From: Histomonas meleagridis 2922-C6/04-290x
Taxonomy: Eukaryota; Protista; Parabasalia
DNA: 64,000 nucleotides
NCBI GenBank assembly: GCA_020184695.1
Contig: JAANOX010000193.1
Coordinates: forward strand, 1-64,000
Reading direction: 5' to 3'
Shown here: one piece after another, positions 37,401 through 47,449 of the stretch
Layout: every line of letters starts with the position of its first letter
How positions within the stretch are numbered: the first letter of the stretch is position 1
Notes under the pieces: model-generated
What the model saw: only the letters and a program-made list of their open reading frames with translations
Databases searched by the model: none
What the model was told of the DNA's origin: nothing
Position numbers and translations under genes: made by a program

Positions 37401-38012
37401 CCGATAATACCTTTGGTATCATCTGATTCGAATGGAATGTTCCCTCCACCTTTAAGCTCATCTGACGATGAACAACCGCCGCTTTCTGAAAATCCCAAAC
37501 AGAGTCTGCCAATATCTATACCACCCCCATTGGGGTCCTCCGACGATGAGGAGAACGTTACGAAAGAGGCCAAAAGCAAAATCTCAAAACCGCCAAAACC
37601 GCCGTCAAGAAAGAGAACTAAAAAGAACAAAGAGAGCACAGGAAAGGGAAAAATTGAGCCCGCAAAATCGTTTAGTAGAGTTACAACATTGCAACAACCG
37701 ATTCCAAGAATTTCAGGCCCTGGTAAAGGAAATGTAGGTCGGATTTCTTTGCCAAGAGGTGGAGCTATACCTGCATTCTCCCCAGGGCGCTTCCCAAATG
37801 CTAGAACTAACTCAGTTGCTTCGTTGGCAAGAGGAACACAATTACCATCATTCGCTAATGTTAAAACCATCGCTAGAAACTCAAGCTTTACGCTCCCAAG
37901 CAATCAAGGATTTGGTGGAAATGATGATAACCCAGTCATCCCTGCACCAAGAAAAAGAAATTCATCTTCAATACCAAGAAAACAAAATTCACTTGAAATC
38001 GGAGCTCTGTGA
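34488..38012 (+). CDS. RhoGEF (DH-PH) plus kelch-repeat protein with Pro/basic low-complexity tail
   Basis: LKELHQTEKQFIKSL (DH start) and LRTVTPPTHPDSRLL (DH end), a PH-like block, then kelch blades (IYYFGG, IYIFGG, LYLFGG, MLIFGG, IYIYGG). Probable ATG at 34488. Confidence 0.8.
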   Translation: MEERGKVAVISLDGIHSTMFHAASVNGRTSEQIIKDNKLKTNIIGITTPYIQRALGPNEVPSSLYPKIIRTDDCGRYRLPAYYLTVMNENQKNKITFYVNVRSTQKFKFPKFPVTIDPQQFSDKTLKDLLEFIDHSFTFSHSDSSLQIGSFVPPDDYPANELLNQARTKNLTLKCTLNKEYLAIINRRTDLLKELHQTEKQFIKSLKDFISYWPSCLMNEHLITFDEIIYIFKFYKKLIEVHSILELAFEERGTFFDSEYSDIFCDFSENFKESVDFCKSLTSVESMFEIKSQNKAWNEKLEEIYNSTLNPSSKTLLEFLDLPIEQYNKYLTFLLQLRTVTPPTHPDSRLLTEVIEKYQVHYDSLKDIKRLNEQSPQITSLQDSLHGFVIISPNRELLKSYNVKIIEPIPQKGTLHLFNNLILLTTTKMRKEQVLFERKLCEFRYNINDSVLTFSKSQRRLFDFKIELSNKEETNELTKMIEDSQIESYKANGHYDKIMIYTLLNLDQQLPNLSYHQCVIYNKHIYYFGGKNNNEYSHNIIDINLNTMKHQQMECPIGDLIYHSVVSNKDKIYIFGGLNSNEQISEKFWQYTPATNDWEELELPSEGGRYGHTLVSYANDLYLFGGRNSTKVFADLQKFDTISKKWTKIDVPGSPKPRYFHTATTRSNYMLIFGGKDKANVSLSTLFLFDINTHQWKRSEVIGEPIQGRYLCQSFAIHKWFFCMGGTNGTEIFEPFCVCFSNTRTTSYNLRSGGNDRQALLNFSLSAYRSSIYIYGGILTGSENSSNMLFKVELPNLLKQFEEKSRNTIAVKPIENFGSSMIKGSKQSSGEHRKRHSRVMRRRSHIVTNNHPKINLDDNETNLQLMIKKVPSPKRLVDMPAPLDSLNPGSIISEPNLKEKRKKKPPLPPRRKSDETLSQNIGEEKRKKQLMSDISGVPPLDMIEDSYSTENSSEIKFVRMAKRGIRTMSSQPIIPLVSSDSNGMFPPPLSSSDDEQPPLSENPKQSLPISIPPPLGSSDDEENVTKEAKSKISKPPKPPSRKRTKKNKESTGKGKIEPAKSFSRVTTLQQPIPRISGPGKGNVGRISLPRGGAIPAFSPGRFPNARTNSVASLARGTQLPSFANVKTIARNSSFTLPSNQGFGGNDDNPVIPAPRKRNSSSIPRKQNSLEIGAL

Positions 38013-38528
38013 AGCAAAACAACAAAAATAATTTTAGTTTTTTTAATAAATTGTAAACCACCATGGTTACTTTTTTTGCAAAATGTTCAATTCCAATTTT
38101 GGAATTTTGGTAACTTCAAAGCAAATTGTCGTTTTTTAATTTTTAGCCCTTTACAAGTCACCGAAGAATAATAGTACTTAAATTAGTTTTTAAATATTTC
38201 AAAAGAATGAAAAAGATAATACATAATTTTCATATAAAATTTTATTTGAAAGCTATTTATAAAAAAAATAGTACATTACAATATTTTTATAATAAGTTGT
38301 ATGTTTTTTTTCAATTTTAAATCTCTAAATGAAATGATATTGTTTTTTGTTTCTTGTTACTTTTGTAATACCAAAGAAACTGGAAATGAGAATTGTGCAT
38401 TCATATATATTAAAACATAATAATCCATTAAAATTAATATTTATTTTATAAGTTCTATTTTAAAAGTATGTGAATTTTTTGTTTTTATCAATTTCACCTT
38501 CGACAAATTTAAATCAAACAAATAGCAA

Positions 38529-40568
38529 TTACACAAGTCCAAAGCCTTCGCAGTTCTGCAGTGCGAACAACATTTTGTCTCGAAGGATTTTTTCGCTTCT
38601 ATAGTCCGGCAGCTGCAGAATATGGAAGCACGTGTGCGCGACAGGAAGCGCATCTGTGCTTGCCGCCTTCTGTATTGTGATCACCATGTTCTTCAGTCCG
38701 CCCAATGGCGCTCTGTCTGTTCCCGTCACAAAGAATAAGAACTTTTTCTTTTCGTCATTTGTCAATGTGCTAAACAATTTCCAAAACCATTTAACACACC
38801 TCGAATTCCTGTTAAACCCATCAGAGTACTTTGCATTCTTTTCTAATTCTTCCCAATCGAATACTTCTTCACCACTTACCAATATATCCATTTCTTCGGG
38901 TGAAAATATACTTAAATATTTTTGTTTTAGAACTGTTAATAACCCATTTTTAAAACTATTGAATTGGTTTTTAATCGATTCATTGCAATACCATTCGATG
39001 TATGACAAGATAAACCTGTCTAAATTTTCATTGGTAACCGCTATTTCAGACCCCCCCGGAACGATATCCTTTTCGACTTTTTGACCGAAGTTATCGACAA
39101 CCGCCGTGAACGTTAAACATAAATCTTCAACGTTTTCCATTTCTTTCATTTGTTTAAAAGAATTCGCGACTTCAGGTTCAATTTCTTCGAAGTCAATCAT
39201 TTTGATATCCCATCCCAGAATTTTTTTATATAATAATAAAGGGAATCTAATTGGCAGAACGATATGATTATAAATTGCTAATGAAATAATGACTCCGATC
39301 ATATTAAATAAGTTTAAATCTTCGACGCAAATTTGTTTAAACCAATAATATTTGTTCTTAATAATTACAAACATTCCATAATCAGGTGAAAATATTTTGT
39401 GTATTAATAAATGAAAAAATTCTCTTGATACACCGCCTTGATCAATTCCTTCCTCGCCAATAAATTGCACAGAAATTCGACTTAAAAAATCTTCTTGTGA
39501 CATTTGCGATATTATACGAATTGTATCTCGTACAATATTTTGTCTTGAAATTCGTATCATTTTACTTCGCCCATTATTCCCTTGTAAACCATCCGAATAT
39601 GCGTGACGTTTAAATTCGATTGGCAAAATTGCTGGAAAACAAAACACTGAAAGTTTTGATGCTTCAAATATTAAAAGCTCTTTAAGTGGGTCAAAATATG
39701 ATGCGAAGATTTCATTGCTAAAATCTAGTTGCAATGGTGATTCAGAAGTTAAATTGGTGTCCTTAAGAAATTGAATAAATTGAATCGAAGTTTGAATGGA
39801 TTTATCCAAAAGTGAACATGTTGAAGTGCTAATTAAAAATAATGAAAATGAGTTTAATACTGTAGTTGTAATGTGACGGAATAGATTTGGCATTGCTGTG
39901 ATGTTATTAACAAAATATGATTTAGAATTCGTGGGTAACATCATGATATGATCCATAAGTGGAACAAGTGTTGACTGGAAATTTGTAGGGGTAATAAAAA
40001 TTTCAAAAATAAAGGAGAAAATAAGTGTACGAATATGATGGAACGAATCAACACATGGGGAGTGTATAAGAGAACTGATCATAAGTTCATAAGATGTATG
40101 AAAATTACTCGATAAAAATTGGCCATGCTGAGGTATCGCCGAAATAAGTGAAAAAAGCTTGGCGTCATCAAGTGAAATATTAGTAAGAGATAAGGGTAAA
40201 GAATTACTATGAAATGAAAGACCAAATATATCGGGATTTGAAAAGGCTTCATAAGCAAAAACAAAATCTTTGCTGAGGTCAATTTTGTTCTGTACAAGGT
40301 CATCGAGAAATTGATCAAATAAAACAATAGTAGAAATATATTGTGGATGAATTAAAGTTGGATTAACCCCATAACAAAGGTGATTTGCAGCCACATGATT
40401 CCTCGTAAGTAGAAGAGCTTCATATGCAGCATCTGTCTCTGTTTGGATATTATCGGAGAAATTTGGGCATGAACGACATTTTGATTCTGTACAAAGAATA
40501 CGATTGCAACCATGTAAAAGTTGATTGAAGTATCCAATAGTTATCTCTTCAATTTCTCCTAAACTCAT
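38529..40568 (-). CDS. HECT E3 ubiquitin ligase, UBE3A/E6AP-like with N-terminal AZUL motif
   Basis: YFNQLLHGCNRILCTESKCRSCP (AZUL-like), FIGEEGIDQGGVSREFF and LPVAHTCF (catalytic Cys), ending EGFGLV. Confidence 0.92.
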   Translation of the reverse strand: MSLGEIEEITIGYFNQLLHGCNRILCTESKCRSCPNFSDNIQTETDAAYEALLLTRNHVAANHLCYGVNPTLIHPQYISTIVLFDQFLDDLVQNKIDLSKDFVFAYEAFSNPDIFGLSFHSNSLPLSLTNISLDDAKLFSLISAIPQHGQFLSSNFHTSYELMISSLIHSPCVDSFHHIRTLIFSFIFEIFITPTNFQSTLVPLMDHIMMLPTNSKSYFVNNITAMPNLFRHITTTVLNSFSLFLISTSTCSLLDKSIQTSIQFIQFLKDTNLTSESPLQLDFSNEIFASYFDPLKELLIFEASKLSVFCFPAILPIEFKRHAYSDGLQGNNGRSKMIRISRQNIVRDTIRIISQMSQEDFLSRISVQFIGEEGIDQGGVSREFFHLLIHKIFSPDYGMFVIIKNKYYWFKQICVEDLNLFNMIGVIISLAIYNHIVLPIRFPLLLYKKILGWDIKMIDFEEIEPEVANSFKQMKEMENVEDLCLTFTAVVDNFGQKVEKDIVPGGSEIAVTNENLDRFILSYIEWYCNESIKNQFNSFKNGLLTVLKQKYLSIFSPEEMDILVSGEEVFDWEELEKNAKYSDGFNRNSRCVKWFWKLFSTLTNDEKKKFLFFVTGTDRAPLGGLKNMVITIQKAASTDALPVAHTCFHILQLPDYRSEKILRDKMLFALQNCEGFGLV

Positions 40569-40824
40569 GAGTTTTTGGAAAAAAGAAGAGAGATTTGAAA
40601 TAAAGTTCACAAAAATAAACTCTTGAACTTCACATTTGAATGTTTAAATGGTCACATGAAATAAAGTCAATTTTTTGTTATTTTTTTTTATTATAAATGC
40701 CTTTGTTCTCATATTCTTTTTTAAACAAAACAATTTCGAAATGGCTCTTCCAAGTCAAACACTTGTTTGATCAGCTGAAAGAATTTTTATAAAAATTGTT
40801 TATTTCAATCAAATAAAAACAAAT

Positions 40825-43332
40825 TTAACTTTTAAGTTCATTGGGTTTTGCGTTTGCAGGGAATCCATACAGTTGTCTCAGCGCCATTTTCCCGTTAAAT
40901 TGTTCGGCAGCCTTTTGCGGCATTTCGAAGATCGGCTCTAGCTCTTCAAATGTGAATGACTTCTTTGCGAGTTTAATCTGTGCGAACAATCTCTCAGAAG
41001 ACAAGAAAGCGTTTGTTGTGAACCAGAATGCCTTTCTGAAGTCTTCTTGGTACAAGTCCTGGAACAGCAAAATGAATGCTTGATTCAAAAGTGTCACGTC
41101 ATTTGTCAAAACCTTTGAACCGTTTTCGTTAATTTCTGTAATTTTCGGTATAAATCTCACGAACAAATTAAATACCAATTTTGGCAAGTTAACAAAAGCG
41201 AACAAATATAATGATTGCGTTAACTTATGTGACAGTAATTCAGACATTAATTTATACGTCTTTAAGAACGACACAATGTTTTCCTCTTGCGGCGATGCGT
41301 TGTTTGAGAATTTATACGACGCGCCAGTAAATGTTGTTGCGATTGCGTTGTAACATTTGCATCGCATTTCAATGTGTATGAAACAAATACATTTAACGGC
41401 AATTGAATTCGCGTTCTTTAATTCGTTTTGTATTTGTTCATGCAACGTTTTATGGAATAAATTTTTATGCTCGTTAATAATTTTACGTGTTTCAGAAGTG
41501 AAATATAATAACGACTCAGCAATCGTAGCAAGTAATGGAAGTTGGAAACTTTCGCGAATTGTCTCTTCGATTTCGATCAGTTTCGTACCATTCCATAAAT
41601 CTTTTTCGTTCTCTAATTCGAAGTGTTCAAACTGATTTAAGAGTGTTGGCGCTAATGTCGTTTTGCCATCGAAAATCATCGATTGAACAAGTGGATGTCT
41701 TTCATAACGCGAAATATCATTTAAAAGTTTCGCCGAATAAAAGTTATTCGGCTGATTTAATACGTATGTGTTCAATTGTTTTTCACATTCGGTACAAAAC
41801 AAATGGATAAGTTCTAATACAATTGTTAACAAAGTGTTTTTGATGAAGTCAAATTGTTCTGATGCATTTGTAAAATGATATATGTTCTTAATATACGTTG
41901 GAGTGTTCATAAAGATAGGCGCCGAAAAACCGTCGACGTTGATCGTCCGTTGAGTGATTGACACTTTTGTCAGCGGTTCTTTTAAGTCCTGTTTGATCAG
42001 CTTTTCGGTTAGGAGGAGGTCGAACGATAGCTTGTTTTTGAGTTCATCGATTTCACTTCGAAAGTTAAATACTTTGATGACTAAATCACGGAACTTATTC
42101 ACAAGAGGATATATAAGAAGAAAATTAAACTTGGAATGACGTACACCAAGTTTTTGTCGAATATAATTATGGATTTTTCCTTCGGCACCTGAATCATCTT
42201 CGGAAACTAATTTATAGATTAATTTGTGTGATGATAAATGCTTGTCACCTAATGTTACAGTAAATGCAGTTATTAATGATTTGATTTCAATCGAAAAATT
42301 GTTCCATATCGGTACAAGTGTCACTTTTTCCTGCCCTGGCAAAAAATGATCGATTTTGTCGCACCGGACGAAAAGAACCCAAATTTTGCAAAGAAGCGCA
42401 TCGAAGTAAGCAATAATTGGATTGTTGACTGAGTTGTTTTGATATATATCAACAAATTCGGAAAATAAATCTTTGCTTTCGGCTTTAGATCGAGTGGGCT
42501 TGACTTTGATCTCTTTAAGGGTATCAACCATGAGCTGAGAAAACAAGGAAGCCATTTTCATGATTAGATCTTCGATAAACTGATTTTGCTCTTGAAGAAC
42601 AAAAAGAGCTTGACAACTTTGTTCCATCAAAGGATCAACGCCTATTTGGCTGATTTCGTCTGGTGTTAGTTCAGTGTTGAAAAATGATAGATTAGGTGGC
42701 CGTTCAGTAAAGAACAGTTTTTTGAAGAGATTCTCAAAAATGGTATTAGTGATCTTCCTCTTGCAAGACTCAAGCTTCTTTTTGACATCGTTTAAAGCTG
42801 CAAAATTCATTTTATCGTTATCTTTAAATATTTGTAAAGCGGTCTGAAGTCTGTTAACTGACTCAAGAATGTTACCATTTTCGAGAAGTTGAATTGAAAT
42901 TGATGGGGTTTGAACCAAATATTTGATGACATCGAGAATTTCGATCTCTTTTTGATATTTAAGACTCTTCTTCCAAGGTTGAAGTAATGCTTTGGGATCA
43001 ATGGTAAAACGTTCTTTGGTGAGGTTTACTCTTTTCTCTGATAGTCTTAAAGTTTTTTCAATGTTTTCTGTAATTTGTGCTTTTTGGACAAATGAACTTG
43101 CAATTTTATTGAGATTTTCACCGTATACAGTGGCAACTTGTTTTGAAATATTTCGTGCTTGGTTAAGGCTTTCTTCAAAATCATTAAGATTATCTTTCCT
43201 TTCCCAAAGTTCGATTGCTTCAATATATTGATTAAAAGTTGGACTTTTGACTTTAGAGTTTTTGTCAATGAATACTTCTATTTGTCTCCAAAGTTTCATT
43301 CTATCACTCGTAGAAGGTTCATTGCTTGACAT
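40825..43332 (-). CDS. SEC8: Exocyst subunit Sec8 (EXOC4)-like
   Basis: LLQPWKKSLKYQKEIEILDVIKYLVQTP...LNDVKKKL...IFENLFKKLF resembles the Sec8 N-terminus. HIEMRCKCY lies in the C-terminal part. Probable ATG at 43332. Confidence 0.65.
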   Translation of the reverse strand: MSSNEPSTSDRMKLWRQIEVFIDKNSKVKSPTFNQYIEAIELWERKDNLNDFEESLNQARNISKQVATVYGENLNKIASSFVQKAQITENIEKTLRLSEKRVNLTKERFTIDPKALLQPWKKSLKYQKEIEILDVIKYLVQTPSISIQLLENGNILESVNRLQTALQIFKDNDKMNFAALNDVKKKLESCKRKITNTIFENLFKKLFFTERPPNLSFFNTELTPDEISQIGVDPLMEQSCQALFVLQEQNQFIEDLIMKMASLFSQLMVDTLKEIKVKPTRSKAESKDLFSEFVDIYQNNSVNNPIIAYFDALLCKIWVLFVRCDKIDHFLPGQEKVTLVPIWNNFSIEIKSLITAFTVTLGDKHLSSHKLIYKLVSEDDSGAEGKIHNYIRQKLGVRHSKFNFLLIYPLVNKFRDLVIKVFNFRSEIDELKNKLSFDLLLTEKLIKQDLKEPLTKVSITQRTINVDGFSAPIFMNTPTYIKNIYHFTNASEQFDFIKNTLLTIVLELIHLFCTECEKQLNTYVLNQPNNFYSAKLLNDISRYERHPLVQSMIFDGKTTLAPTLLNQFEHFELENEKDLWNGTKLIEIEETIRESFQLPLLATIAESLLYFTSETRKIINEHKNLFHKTLHEQIQNELKNANSIAVKCICFIHIEMRCKCYNAIATTFTGASYKFSNNASPQEENIVSFLKTYKLMSELLSHKLTQSLYLFAFVNLPKLVFNLFVRFIPKITEINENGSKVLTNDVTLLNQAFILLFQDLYQEDFRKAFWFTTNAFLSSERLFAQIKLAKKSFTFEELEPIFEMPQKAAEQFNGKMALRQLYGFPANAKPNELKS

Positions 43333-43657
43333 TAAATTATGAAATGTGATATGAAAATAAAAAATTCTATGATAACGATAGAGACTGCTGTTCAAATTAA
43401 TAAAGTTTTTGCTTTATCAACTTATTAGGTTTTTTATCCCGCAAATAATTATCTAGAATTAATGATAGTTATCTAAAATTTTGCTATACTTCTGATATAT
43501 AAAAATCATGTTTTTGAATGCCGCGTCTATCTTTATTGACGGCAGTTGTCTTGGTTTAAAGAAAAAAAAATGGATATTCAATATTTTCTATGAGACAATT
43601 TGAATTGTAAAACGTTCTTATTCGATTTGACATATGATATGAAATTATTTTTGGGAA

Positions 43658-45073
43658 ATGGGAGTGGGATATTCTGTAACTAACGAGTTTCTCTCAAATC
43701 TCCCAGAAGATTTCCCCAAGGAAAGAAAGTTTTTTCACTTTTACAACATCGGAAGTACATGTTATTGTAATGCAATTCTTCAATCACTTTTAGCTTCCAA
43801 ATATGTCATGAATTATTTTGCTAAATATAGTTCTACCATATCAAAAGAAGCAAAGCTTATTCGAAAAACTCCACTGTATAAGTTTTACAAAATTTATGCA
43901 AAAACAATGGATCTTGAAAAGCAAAGTTTCAAGATATCACCTAGAAGCATTCTCAGTGGAGTAAGGAGAGAAACAAGTAGGTTTAAAATTGGCACTCAAT
44001 ATGATGCCCAAGAATTTTTTATTTATTTAGTAGACTCATTTGACTCAACAATTGACAAAATCAATAAAAATAATCCAGATCAAGACCCTATCCCTCGTTT
44101 TTCACAAATTTTCGAAATTCAAAAATCACAAATATTCCAATGCTCAAAATGCAAATACAAGCAACAAGTTGACGACTCCTTTACCACTTTTTATGTCAGT
44201 TTTGAAGAGAAAGTTTATAACAAATCTCTCAGTGATTTAATCAAAGATTCATTCAAGAAAGAAGTTCTTAATGGTAAAGACAAATGGAATTGTACCCAAT
44301 GCAAGAAAGATCGCGACGCCACTATTTATTCCAAATTTAAGGTAATTCCCGATAATTTTGTTGTACAGATCCAACGATTTTTTTATGATCGAAACGCAAA
44401 AACATTTGCTAAAGCCTTTAACTATATACAAATCCCATTAAGCCTTGTCCTTGGTGATTATAACTACAAGCTTCGAAGCATCGTCGTCCACATCGGAAGA
44501 AACCTTCAGCTTGGGCATTATATAACCGTTAACCGTTTATATGAAAGCCGTTTATGGATTTTGGCGAATGACTCGAAACTCTTTGTGTCAAATATTACAG
44601 AGATAAAAAACTTAATTGGATCTTCTTCAGTAAGCTCAAAGAGAAAACCGGTACCATATTTGTTGTTTTATGAAAGAACAGATCCGATTAAAAAAAACAA
44701 TCCCAAAAAAAGCGGAAAGAAAAAGCTTAAAAGAAAGAAAACCAAAAAGGAATTCAAAAGCGAAAGCATTATAAGATCTAAAAGTGATGAATCAAGCTCA
44801 TTTGATATCAATACAGAATCTTCTATAATTTCATATGGTTTCCAAAGTGAAGAAGAAAGCCAAAATACTACATACGAATCTTTGTCAGAAGAAACAGAGG
44901 TCAAAAATGTTTCTTCAAGCAGTTCTTCAAATAGTTCTTATGAGGAAGAAGAAGAAGAAGAAGAAAAATCGGACACTGAAACATCAAGTAGCGAAGAAGA
45001 AGAAGAAGAGGAGGAAGAAGAATCAATGAGTCAAACAAGTGAAAGTTCGGAATCAACAAATAGTGAAAGTTGA
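43658..45073 (+). CDS. Ubiquitin-specific protease (peptidase C19) with acidic Ser/Glu tail
   Basis: Cys box FYNIGSTCYCNAILQSL, QYDAQEF and His box HIGRNLQLGHYITV...ANDS, with zinc-finger CxxC pairs. Confidence 0.93.
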   Translation: MGVGYSVTNEFLSNLPEDFPKERKFFHFYNIGSTCYCNAILQSLLASKYVMNYFAKYSSTISKEAKLIRKTPLYKFYKIYAKTMDLEKQSFKISPRSILSGVRRETSRFKIGTQYDAQEFFIYLVDSFDSTIDKINKNNPDQDPIPRFSQIFEIQKSQIFQCSKCKYKQQVDDSFTTFYVSFEEKVYNKSLSDLIKDSFKKEVLNGKDKWNCTQCKKDRDATIYSKFKVIPDNFVVQIQRFFYDRNAKTFAKAFNYIQIPLSLVLGDYNYKLRSIVVHIGRNLQLGHYITVNRLYESRLWILANDSKLFVSNITEIKNLIGSSSVSSKRKPVPYLLFYERTDPIKKNNPKKSGKKKLKRKKTKKEFKSESIIRSKSDESSSFDINTESSIISYGFQSEEESQNTTYESLSEETEVKNVSSSSSSNSSYEEEEEEEEKSDTETSSSEEEEEEEEEESMSQTSESSESTNSES

Positions 45074-45485
45074 AAATTATGTATAAACTTACTATGTGCT
45101 GTAAAATTATTTCAATGGTTAATTTTTATAAACTTGTGAAAAACATCTTCAAACTGCCTGGGGAATCAAAAGTGACTTTTGGATGAAGGATCCTTTTTAA
45201 ACCTGGTTTCGCAACTTTCTAAAAAAAAATGAAGATTATAGCTTGTCCTTAAGCCCAGAAGAAATTTTTTTTCACATACTATTTTTAAAACCAAACAATT
45301 TTTCAATATGAAATTCATAAGAAGTAAATAGTAGCACTTTTGTGTTTGTAGTATGAATTGTGATGTGAAAAGTGTTCTCCGCCACGCGTTTACGATAGAT
45401 TTTTGAATAAACCGATATCGGTTTAATAAATTTGAATTCTCCTCTCAACTGAGAAAGACTCATATGAGTATAAGGTTTGCAACAA

Positions 45486-46885
45486 ATGCCTGATGTCTGC
45501 AGTGAAACGCCAAATTATAAAAATTCCAAACATTCAATCATAGCTGTCCCAAAATTGATTGAACTTGAAAGGCTTATATTCGGTTTAACGGAAGAAAATT
45601 TTCTTTCAACGATTCAAGGCACAATGAAAATATTCGACTCAAATTCTCCTCATACATTGAATATTATTGTATGCAAATTAGTATATAATGCATTTTCATC
45701 ACAAAGAAATACATTTGATATCTACTTAAATTTTATAAAAACACTTCAAAAAAAAGATGATGAAATTAATCAAAATATCGGGAATCTAATATCAATTTTT
45801 ATTAAGTATATATCTGGAATCAATACACAAGAATCTTATTATGTGATAGCACAAATGATTGAACAAAATTTAATTGATTTAAATATCACTAAAAAAATTC
45901 AATCATTATATTTTGCACATTATAAAGAAGAAAACAAAAAACAAACTAATAGAAATCAATATGGCTTTGAAGATACTTTTTTCAAAAATTATGAAGGATT
46001 ATCAAAGAATGATTGGGAGCTTCATAAGCAATTAATCAAAGAAGGAGTTAATCCAAATGAAATTACAAAAATTATTAGAAATGATGAAATCGAAAAACTT
46101 TAAGAAATATCATCACAAACAAATTTTAATTTTAATCAAACAATTGACCCATCACTTTATGAAAGATGTTCATTCATTAATAAAGAAAATGTTACATTAA
46201 TTGATTATGCAGCATTTTTTGGCTCAATTGAATGTTTTAAATATTTACTTATGAATGGTGCAAATGTAAATAATGCAGGTAAATATGCAATTGCAGGCGG
46301 AAATGAAGAAATTATTCATTTATGTGAACAAAATCATTCGACATTTGAAAATGCATTTGAAACACCAATTAAATTTCACCGAAATGATATCTTTAAATAT
46401 CTTTATGAAAATGGAAATATATCAAATGCTGATGAAAAAATCAATGATTTAGCATGTATTAATGAGGATAATTATGAAATTTTAACATTTTTAGAAGAAA
46501 AAGGTATAAAAGTCAACAGCAATGTTGTAAATACATCAGCAAGAAATGGAAATTTATATATAATTAAATATTTCCTTCAAAATAATCAAATTCCAAAAAA
46601 TATTTTGCCATTTGCTTCAGAAACAGGAAATATTGAACTTGTGAAATATGTTTTAGAGCAAAAAGGAATTGATGTTAATGCAAGAAATATTCATTTTAAT
46701 AATTTAATATATGTTTTAATAATTTGAAATATGTTTTAATAATTTGAAATATGTTTTAATAATTTGAAACAGCACTTCAAATTGCACAACAAAAAGGTTA
46801 CACCATAATAGGAAATTCACTGAGTGAAAAACGACCAAGTAAAAAGGTGCAAAAGAAAATTCTAATTCAGAATTTTCTTCTCTGA
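45486..46885 (+). pseudogene. DUF3447/ankyrin gene A with a nonsense mutation and one 80-nt spacer
   Basis: Paralogous to the 48846 gene. TAA at 46101-03 where the paralog has CAA. After spacer 46689-46768 the frame resumes TALQIAQQKGYT and stops at 46883-85. Confidence 0.8.
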
Positions 46886-47363
46886 ATGCTACTTCTTGGC
46901 TTTCGATAAATACTGAAAATAGTTTTACAGATGAACAAAATCAACTCGAATTTCAAGTGTATAAAGAAGACAATAAAAAGGAAAATATCAAAACAAAAGT
47001 TAACATCAGCACACAAACTACTGAAAGTCATCAAATTCACAAAATACATTCTAGTATTTTACTTTTGAAGACATATACTCATGGAAGTACTTGTAAAAAA
47101 TGTCATCCACAATAGAAAATAACAACATAACTCTGGATAATTTTCTTTTTTATAGTGTCAGTTATAATTACTGTAATTATGTTCGATATATTGCAAACAT
47201 TCTAAAGACGTTTCTTGTTTAATAATAACTTGATAATTTACATCATCTGCTAGAAGAAAAAGAAATCAATGAGATCCATCACAATTTATAAAAGTTAAAT
47301 TTAATAACATATGGCTCATTTAATGCTTTAGAAAACGAAGCATAATATCTAGAATAAATTTTT

Positions 47364-47366
<3 letters not shown>

Positions 47367-47394
<28 letters not shown>
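47367..47394. repeat. (TA)14 microsatellite
   Basis: Direct count. Confidence 0.95.
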
Positions 47395-47398
<4 letters not shown>

Positions 47399-47449
47399 CA
47401 TGAATATCATTTTTATTTGTTATATTTCTATTATTCTCTTTGTCTTGTT

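Noticed and set aside
19665-44904. Antisense or overlapping short ORFs (e.g. 19665-20042, 37397-37903, 38632-39084, 44668-44904)
   Set aside because: Shadows of real genes on the opposite strand, driven by codon bias and low complexity.
12041-46103. Stop-codon reassignment suggested by in-frame TAG (12041) and TAA (46101)
   Set aside because: Intact housekeeping genes here end in TAA or TGA and have no internal stops; these are isolated mutations in decaying sequence.
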